Part shown: in pieces, positions 38,634-49,472 of the stretch | How positions within the stretch are numbered: the first letter of the stretch is position 1 | Layout of the letters: every line of letters begins with the position of its first letter | Assembly (NCBI GenBank): GCA_964594665.1 | Contig: CAZQNY010000005.1 | Location: 1 to 61,259, forward strand | Length of the DNA: 61,259 nt | From: an uncultured Bacteroidales bacterium | GTDB lineage: Bacteria > Bacteroidota > Bacteroidia > Bacteroidales > BM520 | Reading direction: 5' to 3' | Program-made: the position numbers and the translations under genes | The notes under the pieces: generated by a model | The model's input: only the letters and a program-made list of their open reading frames with translations | Databases searched by the model: none | Told to the model about the DNA's origin: nothing

Positions 38634-38655
38634 AGTAATATAATTTTCAAAAGCG

Positions 38656-38663
38656 CAAAATTA
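38656..38663 (-). promoter_or_regulatory. -7 element (TAATTTTG) for pheT
   Basis: Exact TAnnTTTG, 22 nt before the start. Confidence 0.5.
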
Positions 38664-38673
38664 CGATTTTATT

Positions 38674-40779
38674 TTAACTGATCCTGCTCCAGAGGTTACC
38701 TGTTTGGTTCAGGTAATCAAGATATTTTACCAGAGGGGCATTTTTTGGATCTTTCAGGTGGGGGTCGTTAGAAATTATCTTCGCTGCCACGGCATGGGCA
38801 TATTTTAAAATAGGTTCATCGGCGGTGATGGAAGCCAGCTTAAGATTTTCAATGCCACTTTGTCGGGTTCCCTGAATATCACCGGGGCCGCGAAGCTCAA
38901 GATCTGCTTTGGCAATACGGAAACCATCGCTGGTTTGTATCATGGTATTGATCCGTTTTCCGGCATCCTGTGATATTTCATCTTTGGTTATTAACAGGCA
39001 ATAGGATTGCTCTCCACCACGCCCTACACGACCCCTCAGCTGATGCAGCTGAGAGAGCCCGAAACGTTCAGCATTTTCAATCACCATCACTGTGGCATTG
39101 GGCACATCAACCCCCACTTCGATAACCGTTGTAGATACCAGAATATGCGTTTGTCCTTTTACAAAACGATCCATCTCAAAGGCTTTGTCTTTGGCCGGCA
39201 TGCGCCCGTGAACAATACTTACCTGGTAGGTTGGCATCTGGAATTCCCTGCTAACAGTATCAAAACCATCCATAAGGTCTTTGAGATCGCTTTTTTTCGA
39301 TTCCTCTATTAAGGGATAAACTATGTATACCTGGCGTCCGCTATCGATTTGTTGTTTAAGAAAACGGTTTATGCGAAACCTGTCTCTGTCGAGAAAATGT
39401 TTTGTGATAATGGTCTTTCTTCCGGGAGGCATTTCATCAATGACAGAATAATCCAGATCGCCGTAAAGCGACATAGCAAGGGTTCGGGGAATGGGTGTCG
39501 CTGTCATTACAAGAATATGTGGTGGAACAATGTTTTTTGCCCATAGTTTTGCCCGCTGTTCCACACCAAACCGGTGTTGCTCGTCAATGACTACGAGCCC
39601 GAGGTTATAGAATTTTACATTTTTTTCTATCAGTGCATGGGTTCCGATGATAATGTCTCCTCTGCCGGTCTGTAATTCGTTGTGGATATCTTTTCTTTTC
39701 GATGATTTTGTAGAGCCTGTAAGCAATAATACAGAGATGCCAAGCCCTTCGGTCATGGAGGAGATTGTTTTAAAGTGCTGAGATGCAAGGATTTCTGTTG
39801 GCGCCATAATAGCGGCCTGGAAGCCATTATCAATAGCCAAAAGCATAGCCATAAGTGCAACGAGGGTTTTGCCCGAACCCACATCACCCTGCAGCAGTCG
39901 GTTCATCTGTTTGCCACTCCCTGCATCCAATCTTATCTCTCTGATTACTCTTTTTTGTGCTCCTGTTAGTTCAAAAGGCAGGTGCCGATGGTAAAAGTCG
40001 TTGAAATATTTTCCGACTTTGTCAAAACGATGACCTTTGACATTTATATTCCGGATGAATTTTGCCTGCTGCATTTTTAACTGGATAAAGAAAAACTCTT
40101 CAAATTTAAGTCTTGCTTTTGCAGCTTCAACAGCTTTCAGGTCTTCGGGAAAATGGATGGTCAACAAGGCCTTTTCATGAGAAATAAACTGGAAATAGTT
40201 TATTACCGAGAGGGGTAATGTTTCTTGGATTTTTCCCAGGATTAGTTTTTGCAGGTTTTCCTGAAGTTTTGCAATTCCTTTTGAATGGAGGCCTTTGCTT
40301 TTGAGTTTTTCTGTGGAATGATACACCCCTATGAGCCGTTGGCGATTTTGCGCTTTAAATTCCTGCGGGGATTCAAGCTCAGGGTGTGCGATATTTACAG
40401 AACCTTTAAAATATCCCGGTTTACCCCATGCGACAACTGTTTTGCCAGGTGTAACAATATCCTTGACCCACTTAATTCCCTGGAACCAGATGAGCTCCAT
40501 GGAGCCTGTGTCGTCACTGACAATGGCATGCAGTCGTGATGACCTTCCTGCGCCTGAGATTTCTGCATGAGTGATTTTTCCCATGATCTGTACATCCGGC
40601 ATATCAGAATTGACCATCGCAATGGGAGTGATTTTCGAGCGGTCGGAGTATCGAAAGGGATAAAAGGTAATCAAATCACCAAAGGTTTCGATGTCCAGTT
40701 CTTTACGCATAAGTTCGGCGCGTGCCGGGCCTACACCTTTGAGGTATTCGACGGACGTATGAAGGATGTTTTTTTGCAT
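38674..40779 (-). CDS. recG: ATP-dependent DNA helicase RecG
   Basis: LLQGDVGSGKT, DEQHRFG, MTATPIPRTL and QLHQLRGRVGRG motifs. Confidence 0.98.
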   Translation of the reverse strand: MQKNILHTSVEYLKGVGPARAELMRKELDIETFGDLITFYPFRYSDRSKITPIAMVNSDMPDVQIMGKITHAEISGAGRSSRLHAIVSDDTGSMELIWFQGIKWVKDIVTPGKTVVAWGKPGYFKGSVNIAHPELESPQEFKAQNRQRLIGVYHSTEKLKSKGLHSKGIAKLQENLQKLILGKIQETLPLSVINYFQFISHEKALLTIHFPEDLKAVEAAKARLKFEEFFFIQLKMQQAKFIRNINVKGHRFDKVGKYFNDFYHRHLPFELTGAQKRVIREIRLDAGSGKQMNRLLQGDVGSGKTLVALMAMLLAIDNGFQAAIMAPTEILASQHFKTISSMTEGLGISVLLLTGSTKSSKRKDIHNELQTGRGDIIIGTHALIEKNVKFYNLGLVVIDEQHRFGVEQRAKLWAKNIVPPHILVMTATPIPRTLAMSLYGDLDYSVIDEMPPGRKTIITKHFLDRDRFRINRFLKQQIDSGRQVYIVYPLIEESKKSDLKDLMDGFDTVSREFQMPTYQVSIVHGRMPAKDKAFEMDRFVKGQTHILVSTTVIEVGVDVPNATVMVIENAERFGLSQLHQLRGRVGRGGEQSYCLLITKDEISQDAGKRINTMIQTSDGFRIAKADLELRGPGDIQGTRQSGIENLKLASITADEPILKYAHAVAAKIISNDPHLKDPKNAPLVKYLDYLNQTGNLWSRIS

Positions 40780-40853
40780 TTTTCTTTGTTAATACAAAAA
40801 AGGGTGATTTGTTACCCCCAAAAGTAAGAAAAGAAGCACGGAAAATGAAAGAT

Positions 40854-40887
40854 AAAAAAACCGGGAGTGACAATTGTGCCTCCCGGT
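40854..40887 (-). terminator. Terminator after the gld/por operon
   Basis: ccgggag/ctcccgg stem followed by T7 on the minus strand. Confidence 0.75.
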
Positions 40888-40919
40888 AGATGATATTTTT
40901 GTGTGCAATAGACTAAAAT

Positions 40920-41774
40920 CTAGAATTCCCAGAAATCATGTTCGTACTGATGAATTTCATTATTTATGCGTTCTGATTCAAGCAGGGCGTCAATTCCGGT
41001 AGCATATTCAGAAATGTATCGGTCGAAACGATTGGACTCCTTGTAAACAGTACTATGGAAAATGCGTTTCCAGAAAACATCATCATACGTAAGCTTTTGG
41101 GCGTCGTTCTGAGGGTTGTAAACTTCAGCTTTTGCAAAAGTTTCGCGTGCTTCAGGATAATAGATCCAGAAAGTGGGAGCATAACCACGGAAGTTGCCAT
41201 CCTGATCAAGGTTATCGCGAACAGGGCAGATACCCAGAACACGGGCTTCCATTACAGAGCGTTGCTTGTCAAAGAACCAGTCTTCCTTTATACGAATACG
41301 TTTTACATCCATCGCATTAAATTCTGAATGGATAATGGTATCATAGTAATCGTAAGGAGGATAGCTGCGCTGTAGCGTCATGGTATCTGTTCGTGCCAAT
41401 CGGCTCATAATTTCCTCATAGGTTATGGGTACCTCAAATTCATCTGTAGGCATTGAAGCATCATAGGCAGTTATCTGACCTTCTCTGAGGCCGTCCATGA
41501 TAACTGTCATAAGGCTTCTCCACTTATTTTGGGGTACTTCAGGGTAGTAGAAAGGCTGGTTTACACGCTCGCGCATATCAATAACACGCCATACACGTTT
41601 CGACCAGATCATATCAGCTTCGCGAACATAAACGTAAGGAATAGGTCTCTTGTCAACAAGATTAACTTTGTCGTAGACTCCATCGCGGGGAGTACTCACT
41701 ACCTGTGCATTGAGCGACATGGCACCGGCGATGGTGAGGCTTAAAAGAGTAACTATTGCAACAAATTTTTTCAT
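40920..41774 (-). CDS. gldN: T9SS/gliding protein GldN (PorN)
   Basis: READMIWSKRVWRVID, IKEDWFFDKQRS and FWIYYPEAR motifs; operon position. Confidence 0.93.
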   Translation of the reverse strand: MKKFVAIVTLLSLTIAGAMSLNAQVVSTPRDGVYDKVNLVDKRPIPYVYVREADMIWSKRVWRVIDMRERVNQPFYYPEVPQNKWRSLMTVIMDGLREGQITAYDASMPTDEFEVPITYEEIMSRLARTDTMTLQRSYPPYDYYDTIIHSEFNAMDVKRIRIKEDWFFDKQRSVMEARVLGICPVRDNLDQDGNFRGYAPTFWIYYPEARETFAKAEVYNPQNDAQKLTYDDVFWKRIFHSTVYKESNRFDRYISEYATGIDALLESERINNEIHQYEHDFWEF

Positions 41775-41789
41775 ATATATTACCTCCGG

Positions 41790-43403
41790 TTATTTTATTG
41801 TCAGGTTAATAGCATTTAGTTTTCGTGAGGATCCGTCAGGGCCTTTGGCATAGATATTTTCCAGCCAGATTTTGTCGTCCCGGCGTGAATTACGGATTCT
41901 TGAGAGCATATCTTCAGAAAGGCGGTTACCGCTTCCCTGCAGTGTGATAAGGTCACCGTTACGCTGACGGGCTACGAAGTCAAATTTTGTGATTTCGAAG
42001 TTTAACTCAAATTCAAAATCTTCAGGCATTTGAGGAATAATTGCTCCGGCAGTAACAAGAAGGTTCTTGTTGATTTTACCGCCATCACTACCACCAATTT
42101 TAGCTACCGGATTGGGAACCCTCTTAATACGGAAGTCTGCAGTTCCCATTTCAACCATATTGCCATCCTGCTCTGCAGTAACACTGATGGTAGTAGTACC
42201 TGTAGCATCGTCAGGGAGTGTAACAATCCATTCCCCGGTTTCAGCGTTCATTTTCAGTGTTCCCACACTAATGGAAGCCTGAAGCATATCACTGCCAATA
42301 CCTGGTGAAGAGATAGATACAGGGTTGTCAACACCTTTGTAGAAAACGTTCATTTTTGTTGGCGCTACCGTTAATGACGGCTTGGCAACAATGTATGAAT
42401 CGTTAAATGGATATGTGTTGATTTCTCCTGAAGGTCCTTTTACTTCAATAACACCGGCATAGGAATGAATTCCTTCTTCGTTGGCAGGGAAACGGAGTTT
42501 TACTTTTCCGCTGTCGCCGGGAAGAACTGTTGCATTTGCATACATATCATCTGTGAGCTGACTAACACCTTTCATAACACGAACGGTAGGAGCCTGTTTA
42601 CTATCGTATGCAGCAACGAGTACCTCAGCTTCATATTCTCCGTTAAGGAAAATATAGTTACTTGTGGGAATAACTTTGGCATCAATATCATCAAACTTAA
42701 AGTCTTCTGCACTGATATTGTTCAAAAAATAATTCAATACACCGAATTCAGCATTTTGAACATCCATAATAAGTTTGTTAAGGAAAGTTACATCAGCAGC
42801 AAGAATAGTGTGGTAGAAGTGATGCATTTCCCAGGTTTGTGGTTTTCCGTCGGCATCGTGGTATTTGCCATCAGTTTCCAGTCCCAGGTTAATGTTAATA
42901 TCTTCTTTGCCATCAAAGAGAGCCATCATATTGGCTTTATACTCATTGATTTTGTTTTTTAGTTCACCTGCTTTTCCTTTGGTTCCGTCAGGAGACGATC
43001 CGATGAAGAAATTTGTAGGTTCGTCGTAGCTATCTCTGTTGCCAATTTCAGCGAGTTTTAAACCTTTAATTTCATCAACGGTTTTTTTCTCTGTTAGCGC
43101 AGTGACATCATTTTTCAGGTTTTCAATGTAGGTAATCATTTCCTCGGAGAGCTGATTTGCCTGTTTGGCTTTTTCCCAGGAAGGACCTACTTTGGCCTGG
43201 TTAATCATATATTGTTGTTCAAACTGGGCATAGATGTTTTGAATTTTATCTTCAAACGTCTTATTGGTTTGTTCAACGCTGTCGTTCACGATAACAAAAG
43301 CTTCAAGGATTTCCACTGATACGTTCAGGGCCAGCATAGCCGTGAGTACCAGGTACATCATCCCGATCATCTTTTGCCGTGGGGTTTCTTTATATCCAGC
43401 CAT
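41790..43403 (-). CDS. gldM: T9SS/gliding motor protein GldM (PorM)
   Basis: ETPRQKMIGMMYLVLTAMLALNVS and MNVFYKGVDNPVSIS motifs. Confidence 0.95.
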   Translation of the reverse strand: MAGYKETPRQKMIGMMYLVLTAMLALNVSVEILEAFVIVNDSVEQTNKTFEDKIQNIYAQFEQQYMINQAKVGPSWEKAKQANQLSEEMITYIENLKNDVTALTEKKTVDEIKGLKLAEIGNRDSYDEPTNFFIGSSPDGTKGKAGELKNKINEYKANMMALFDGKEDININLGLETDGKYHDADGKPQTWEMHHFYHTILAADVTFLNKLIMDVQNAEFGVLNYFLNNISAEDFKFDDIDAKVIPTSNYIFLNGEYEAEVLVAAYDSKQAPTVRVMKGVSQLTDDMYANATVLPGDSGKVKLRFPANEEGIHSYAGVIEVKGPSGEINTYPFNDSYIVAKPSLTVAPTKMNVFYKGVDNPVSISSPGIGSDMLQASISVGTLKMNAETGEWIVTLPDDATGTTTISVTAEQDGNMVEMGTADFRIKRVPNPVAKIGGSDGGKINKNLLVTAGAIIPQMPEDFEFELNFEITKFDFVARQRNGDLITLQGSGNRLSEDMLSRIRNSRRDDKIWLENIYAKGPDGSSRKLNAINLTIK

Positions 43404-43450
43404 TTATAATGAGCTTTATTTTGTTTTTAAATGGGTTAATTGAACTGTAA

Positions 43451-44362
43451 CTACTTAACTTTTACATTCATGGCAGAAAGCATATTGCCATAAACAGTAT
43501 TGAGAGCTGCCACGTTCTGCGTAAGTGCGTCAGCCTGCTTTTTATAGTTTTCAGTTGTAGCGATTGATTCCTTCATGTTTTTCATAAAGGCTTCAATGGC
43601 TGTACCCATTTGACCGGTAACTTTGGATTGTGCATCTGAATTTTTCAGCTGCATTTCGTATACTGCATTGAGTGCTGCCAGATTCTGAGTTAGTTTCTGG
43701 AAGGTTTCATCGTATGCTTTATTTTCTGACGTCACTGCTTTGGCTGCACTTGAATAAGTTTCAGAGAGTTTACCTGCTGCAGTAGCTGCACTTTGAACAT
43801 TTTGCAGGAAGGCTTCGGTTCCGGCGAGGTCCTTGTTCATGGTTTCAGCTGTTTTTACATAGGTGTCAGAGAGTTTATCTGCTGATGAGGAAGCTGTCTC
43901 CATACTTTTGGCAAACTTGTCACTTGCTACCTTAGCTTTTGAAATATCAGATAACGCATTCGTTGTTTCGCTAAGGTTTGTAAGTCCTTTTCCTAAATCT
44001 TCAATAAGCTTGGAATCGATTTTTGCTTTTTTGAGCATTTCATCGAGTTCATTTGTAGGAGAACCACCTCTTTGAACAGCTCCACCTTTTGGCATGCCCT
44101 TTTTGTCTGATTTTTTACCATACATACCTGCAAGTTCAGGATACACCAGGCTCCAGTCGGGTTCAACGTGTGGCGGCTCGAATGCCGAGAAGAAAAAGAT
44201 AATTGCTTCGGTCAACATCCCCGCAAAAAGCATTTCGTTGGCACCGGGAATATGTGTAATTTTAAACAGTGCCCCTACAATAACAACCGATGCACCGATA
44301 CCATATAGCTTGGCCATAAAATTCTTGAAGAACCTGCTCTGAACAATCTTATTTAATCCCAT
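43451..44362 (-). CDS. gldL: T9SS/gliding motor protein GldL (PorL)
   Basis: YGIGASVVIVGALFK, TEAIIFFFSAFEP, PDWSLVYPEL and LNTVYGNMLSAM motifs. Confidence 0.95.
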   Translation of the reverse strand: MGLNKIVQSRFFKNFMAKLYGIGASVVIVGALFKITHIPGANEMLFAGMLTEAIIFFFSAFEPPHVEPDWSLVYPELAGMYGKKSDKKGMPKGGAVQRGGSPTNELDEMLKKAKIDSKLIEDLGKGLTNLSETTNALSDISKAKVASDKFAKSMETASSSADKLSDTYVKTAETMNKDLAGTEAFLQNVQSAATAAGKLSETYSSAAKAVTSENKAYDETFQKLTQNLAALNAVYEMQLKNSDAQSKVTGQMGTAIEAFMKNMKESIATTENYKKQADALTQNVAALNTVYGNMLSAMNVKVK

Positions 44363-44417
44363 AATGTAATAACTTAACTATAATTAATGTTTGTGATTTT
44401 TTTCGTTATTCTGATTT

Positions 44418-45779
44418 TTATTTGTAAACTTTCGATGCTTTTGAAGGGTTGTCGCCTTTTTGGCGTCCGAGATAATTTTGCACACAACGGAAGCCTACAT
44501 AGCATTTTGCTGTATCCTGATATTCATAAGATCTGGAAGCAACTTCAAGATAATAATGAACATCTTTCCATGATCCACCACGTGTAACTTTACGCTTCAG
44601 TGCCACAGGGTCGTCTTCTTTGGCATTGTAGGTATAGCTCATGTTCATATCCCAGGCAAAATTGTATGTTGACTCATCGTAAGCGTCTTCCGTCCATTCT
44701 GCAACGTTACCGGCCATATCGTAAAGGCCAAAGTCGTTGGAAGGATAGTGGCCAACAATCACAGTGTAAGCACCGCCGTCGTCGGCATAGTCTCCACGCA
44801 TAGGTTTGAAGTTGGCAAGGAAACAACCATTTTCATTACGTGTGTAAGGGCCACCCCATGGGTAAGGGCTCAGCTCATAACCTCCGCGTGCTGCCCATTC
44901 CCATTCTGCTTCAGTGGGAAGACGGAATTCGTTAACAATAACCTCGTCGTTTTTACTCAGATAGGAGTTAAGGTATTCTGTTCTCCAGATACAAAAAGCT
45001 TTAGCCTGTTTCCAGTTCACGCCAACAACAGGGTAGTTGTCGTAGGCAGGATGCCAGAAGTAGCGTTTTGTCATAGGCTCGTTGTAAGAGTAGCTGTAAT
45101 CGTGGATCCAGCAAAGGGTATCAGGATACACGTTGATAGTTTCTTTACGAACATAAACCGAGCGGTCGGTGCGTCCCTGACGACGATTTGCGAAAGCTGC
45201 GTTTTTACTTACTGCATCGGGATCAGCATAGTTTTTGCGTGCAGCAGCCTGCAGGTCAATCCAGTAATATTCATAAAAAAGCTTACGGGTATCGATTTCT
45301 TTTTTACGGAAGAAGCGCTCATGCTCCGGAAGATACATCTCTTCAAGGATATCTCTTTCCTCTTCACCGTTCCAATCGATTTCTGTTTCCCAGTTAAGTA
45401 CGGGTGTATCGTAAACTTCTCCTGTTTCTTCGTTTTCTTCAATAAGAAACTCTTCCGGATTGAGGTCTCCCAGCAGAGTTCTTGCGATGGAATCACGCAC
45501 CCAGAATACGAACTGACGATATTCATTGTTGGTGATTTCAGTTTCATCCATATAAAATGCCGAAATTGTAATCACACGGGGCTGATTGATGCGTGCATAA
45601 GGAACATCCTGGTCACCACCGCCCATCGTAAAACTCCCCATAGGTACATAAGTCATTCCAAAGGGATCTGGTTGGTAGAATTCTCCATTTCTTTTCACGC
45701 CTGTGAGTTCACCATTCCCTGAGTTGCTACAGCTGGCAAGCATGATGAGAACGAATGAATACAAGAATAATTTTTTCAT
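44418..45779 (-). CDS. gldK: T9SS/gliding lipoprotein GldK (PorK)
   Basis: LASC lipobox; ETEITNNEYRQFV, YPVVGVNW, RLPTEAEWE and RGGSWKD (FGE-sulfatase fold). Confidence 0.95.
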   Translation of the reverse strand: MKKLFLYSFVLIMLASCSNSGNGELTGVKRNGEFYQPDPFGMTYVPMGSFTMGGGDQDVPYARINQPRVITISAFYMDETEITNNEYRQFVFWVRDSIARTLLGDLNPEEFLIEENEETGEVYDTPVLNWETEIDWNGEEERDILEEMYLPEHERFFRKKEIDTRKLFYEYYWIDLQAAARKNYADPDAVSKNAAFANRRQGRTDRSVYVRKETINVYPDTLCWIHDYSYSYNEPMTKRYFWHPAYDNYPVVGVNWKQAKAFCIWRTEYLNSYLSKNDEVIVNEFRLPTEAEWEWAARGGYELSPYPWGGPYTRNENGCFLANFKPMRGDYADDGGAYTVIVGHYPSNDFGLYDMAGNVAEWTEDAYDESTYNFAWDMNMSYTYNAKEDDPVALKRKVTRGGSWKDVHYYLEVASRSYEYQDTAKCYVGFRCVQNYLGRQKGDNPSKASKVYK

Positions 45780-45841
45780 TTTTTACTGTTTTATTCAGAA
45801 TAACGTTTTACTTTCTTAAAAATTATGTTTTATGGCATTGA

Positions 45842-46810
45842 TTATAAATACCTTGTATTACGAAGTGTTCGTAATCCCCGGTCAAATTCAAATTTAAAAC
45901 AATAGCCCAACATTACTTCGTGGCTGCCCATACTACCTCCAATACTTACTTTTGAGGTGGAAATATCGTATGAGTATCCAAGTTTAAAATCTTTCCACCA
46001 CAAACCGAATAATAGTCCAAGCCCGTCACCAAAGCGATAATTTACGCCACCCCAGAATTTGTCACGGTATTTTACAAGCCCGTTGAAATCAACCTGTACA
46101 CCTGACAAATCTGTTTTCATAACAAACGATGGCTCCACTTTAATAAAAGGCCTTGTGGGGAAACTAAACTGATAACCGCCGGCAAGAAAAAAGGTTCTTC
46201 CCAGCTGATACAGTGTGTTTCTACCTGTGGATTGTATTATATTTTGTGCGGAAATTCCAAACCAGTATTCATTGGGTACCTGATAATATACGCCCAGGTT
46301 GGCATCAAAGATCATATCGCTCTCCTCACCATTACGTTGAATAAGTACAGGATCTTCAGAATTGATGGCATCAAACTGGCCAAAGTCCAGGATGCTGTTA
46401 AAAAACATTGCCTGAACCCCAATGCCAAGATCACCGACACCGACGGTTGTGTGATAGGAATACCCCAGATCAACGTTGGTTTGTTTAAAGAAACCAATTT
46501 GATCCTGCATGATGTTTATCCCGGCACCGCCATGGAGTACTTTTACAGGCATATCAATGGAGAAAGAATAGGTTTTGGGGCCAATGTTTTCTCCTGAACT
46601 GTTTTCTGTTCCCTGGCTAACAAAACCTACCCATTGTTGACGCATTATTCCGGTAGCACATATTGCACTGCGCATACCGGCATAGCCCGGATTATAATGC
46701 AGTTTACTGAACATTTGCTGGGTGAACTGTGGCTCCTGTTGTGCCACGGCCTGCCCTACAATACTCAGTAACAGAATGATTGCTACAACTCTTGAAATGC
46801 GTGTTAACAT
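45842..46810 (-). CDS. porP: T9SS PorP/SprF family beta-barrel
   Basis: QQEPQFTQQMF...YNPGYAG, RQQWVGF and GYSYD...GSHEVMLGY; upstream of gldK. Confidence 0.9.
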   Translation of the reverse strand: MLTRISRVVAIILLLSIVGQAVAQQEPQFTQQMFSKLHYNPGYAGMRSAICATGIMRQQWVGFVSQGTENSSGENIGPKTYSFSIDMPVKVLHGGAGINIMQDQIGFFKQTNVDLGYSYHTTVGVGDLGIGVQAMFFNSILDFGQFDAINSEDPVLIQRNGEESDMIFDANLGVYYQVPNEYWFGISAQNIIQSTGRNTLYQLGRTFFLAGGYQFSFPTRPFIKVEPSFVMKTDLSGVQVDFNGLVKYRDKFWGGVNYRFGDGLGLLFGLWWKDFKLGYSYDISTSKVSIGGSMGSHEVMLGYCFKFEFDRGLRTLRNTRYL

Positions 46811-47034
46811 AAGGTAATTCTAAAGCGTCGCTAAAATAGTAATTTTTTTTGAACATTAACCACTATCAAATGGTTCTGGCAATTTTTATTCTAAAACGTT
46901 TGAATTCGATGGTTTAGTACATGCTCTCTGTATCCTGCAGCTGTTTTTTTCCCGGTCTCTGCCTGATTATTATGAAATTACTGTGATGATTATGTTAAAC
47001 TGTATTATGCTATGGTAAATATTTGTGTGAAATA

Positions 47035-47064
47035 TTGCCAGATAATTCAGAAAGCTTACTTTTG
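47035..47064 (+). promoter_or_regulatory. Bacteroidetes sigma-ABfr-type promoter for the YitT gene
   Basis: TTG (47035-37), 19 nt spacer, then TACTTTTG (47057-64) followed by CA. Confidence 0.6.
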
Positions 47065-47122
47065 CAGCCATTTTTCGTGAATCAATGATTTAATTGAGTG
47101 TAAATGCTTAAATATCAATGTT

Positions 47123-48049
47123 ATGGCTTTTGTGACACGTGAGGTATTATTTAGTAAAAAGTGGTTTCGTTCGTATGCCTTAATTATTATTGGAGCAATA
47201 ATAATGGCGTCAGGATACAGTTTTTTCATCTCCCCCTATAAAATCGTCCCGGGTGGTGTTTACGGTATCGGTATTGTTGTTCACTTTCTCACCAAAGGGC
47301 TTTTTTCCTTTGCCCCTGATGGTTTTCCTATCGGTCTTTTCGGTTTGATATTGAACATCCCTCTTACGATTCTTGGAATACGTATTCTGGGTCCCCGGTT
47401 TGGAGTAAAGACTGTTGTTGGCTTTATTCTTACCTCCGCATTTATCGATATTCTTACCATGGTTTTTGGTGAAGACCCATTAATGATTGGCGAAGATATC
47501 CTTTTGGCTTCGGTTTTCGGAGGTGTACTTATTGGTTTCGGCCTGGGATTAATCTTCCGTGCCCGTGCTACTACCGGAGGCTCGGATATTGTTGCAATGA
47601 TTTTTGCCAAATACACACGTATGCCTCTGGGACAGCTTATCATTATTGTCGATTCTATTATAGTGTTACTTGGTTTGGCTGTATTTAAAGACTGGCGCAT
47701 ACCCTTATATTCCTGGATTACCATATTTGTTACCGGCAAAGTAATTGATATTGTTGTGGAAGGTATTTCTTATGAGAAATCACTGATGATTGTTTCGGAA
47801 AAGCATCAGGAAATTAAAGATAAAATCCTTAACGACCTCAAGCGTGGGGGTACATATCTCAAAGGTGAAGGTTTGTATAGTGGTGCCGATCGTAGAATTA
47901 TTTTCACTGTCGTTACACGTCGTGAGTTGGCAATTTTGCAGGACTATATTAACCTTATTGACCCTGACGCATTTATGACGGTAACAGATTCCAGCGAGGT
48001 GCTTGGGAAGGGTTTTCGTTCTCTGCGAGATAAAGTTGAGCAATCTTAA
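47123..48049 (+). CDS. YitT family membrane protein (DUF161 + DUF2179)
   Basis: PYKIVPGGVYG, LNIPL, ATTGGSDIVA and IDPDAF motifs. Confidence 0.9.
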   Translation: MAFVTREVLFSKKWFRSYALIIIGAIIMASGYSFFISPYKIVPGGVYGIGIVVHFLTKGLFSFAPDGFPIGLFGLILNIPLTILGIRILGPRFGVKTVVGFILTSAFIDILTMVFGEDPLMIGEDILLASVFGGVLIGFGLGLIFRARATTGGSDIVAMIFAKYTRMPLGQLIIIVDSIIVLLGLAVFKDWRIPLYSWITIFVTGKVIDIVVEGISYEKSLMIVSEKHQEIKDKILNDLKRGGTYLKGEGLYSGADRRIIFTVVTRRELAILQDYINLIDPDAFMTVTDSSEVLGKGFRSLRDKVEQS

Positions 48050-48076
48050 TATATTGTTTAGTTAGTGTGAGTGTGT

Positions 48077-48114
48077 AAAAAAACCGGGCAGGATGTATAT
48101 CCTTGCCCGGTTTT
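48077..48114. terminator. Bidirectional terminator between yitT and rseP
   Basis: aaaaccgggcaggat...atccttgcccggtttt, with A and T flanks. Confidence 0.8.
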
Positions 48115-48139
48115 GATTTATGTATATTTAATATTTCTC

Positions 48140-49462
48140 TTATCTGAACAATCGCATAATATCATTACCCATAGCAAGCACAAACAGCCCCAATAAAATT
48201 ATCATCCCTACGAGTTGCGCAATTTCCAGAAATCGTTCTCCCGGTTTTCTGCCACTGATAATTTCAATCAGCAGGAAGAGTACATGCCCTCCGTCGAGCG
48301 CAGGAATAGGCAATACATTCAAAATGGCCAGCATAATCGACAGGAATGCTGTCAGTCGCCAGAATACCTGCCAGTTCCAGGTTCCCGGAAAAATACTGCC
48401 AATAGTTATAAAGCTTCCAATGGATTCATAGGCCTTCGTTTCTGGGCGTACCAGCAATTTAAGTTGCTTCCAGTAGCTTCCGATACCATTAAATGTTCGG
48501 ACAATACCTGCTGGAATGGCCTCAAATACTGAATAGGTCCTTTTATGAAGTTCGAAGTAAAAGTCCAGCTGCCCGATGGGAGCAACGCCAATCATTCCTG
48601 CATCAGTAACGCGAACAGGTAACGCAAGCGTGTCACTGTTTCTTATTACCTGCAAGGCTACTTCTTCGCCTTTATAGCCTGAAATAGTTTTTTTAAACTG
48701 GTCAAACCAGGGTGCATATGTATCATTTACACCTATTATAATATCCTTTTCCAAAAGACCTGCCTCTTTCGCCGGAGAGTCCTCTGCAAAACCACCTACA
48801 ATAAACGGAATCCGATACGACATAAACGGGGTTTCATGCTTGAGCAATTTTGATGTGATGCCTTCAGGAAGGACCACCTCAAAAGGTTTCTCATCGCGCA
48901 ATACCTGGATTGTCTTTGCCTCATCAAGAATTATTGCCTCAGTGATTTTATTGAAGTCCTCGATTTCCACATTATCGATGGTCAGTATTTTATCCCCGTC
49001 ACGGAGGCCCATTTCATATCCCAGCGTATCGACAACAATACCGTATTTTAGTTCAGAAGTAGGGAGGTATTCTTCACCGTGCACTGCCAGCAAAGAGATA
49101 TAAATCACCATGGCAAGGATCACATTTACTGTTACCCCGCCAAGCATAATAATCAATCGTTGCCATGCAGGTTTGGACCTGAACTCCCACGGTTGCGGGG
49201 GCTTTTTCATTTGCTCCTTGTCCATCGACTCATCAATCATGCCTGCAATTTTAACATATCCTCCCAGAGGAAGCCAGCCGATACCGTATTCTGTCTCTTT
49301 ATGTTTTATTTTAAAAAGAGAAAACCAGGGATTAAAAAAGAGATAAAACTTTTCAACTCTTACTTTAAATGCTTTTGCTGCAAGAAAGTGGCCCATCTCG
49401 TGAAATACCACAAGAATTGAAAGGCTGAGAAGCAGCTGTAATACTTTGATTAAAATTTCCAT
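48140..49462 (-). CDS. rseP: RIP metalloprotease RseP
   Basis: HEMGH, GWLPLGGYVKI, PDZ region and NVLPIPALDGGH. Confidence 0.96.
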   Translation of the reverse strand: MEILIKVLQLLLSLSILVVFHEMGHFLAAKAFKVRVEKFYLFFNPWFSLFKIKHKETEYGIGWLPLGGYVKIAGMIDESMDKEQMKKPPQPWEFRSKPAWQRLIIMLGGVTVNVILAMVIYISLLAVHGEEYLPTSELKYGIVVDTLGYEMGLRDGDKILTIDNVEIEDFNKITEAIILDEAKTIQVLRDEKPFEVVLPEGITSKLLKHETPFMSYRIPFIVGGFAEDSPAKEAGLLEKDIIIGVNDTYAPWFDQFKKTISGYKGEEVALQVIRNSDTLALPVRVTDAGMIGVAPIGQLDFYFELHKRTYSVFEAIPAGIVRTFNGIGSYWKQLKLLVRPETKAYESIGSFITIGSIFPGTWNWQVFWRLTAFLSIMLAILNVLPIPALDGGHVLFLLIEIISGRKPGERFLEIAQLVGMIILLGLFVLAMGNDIMRLFR

Positions 49463-49472
49463 TCGTATGTTG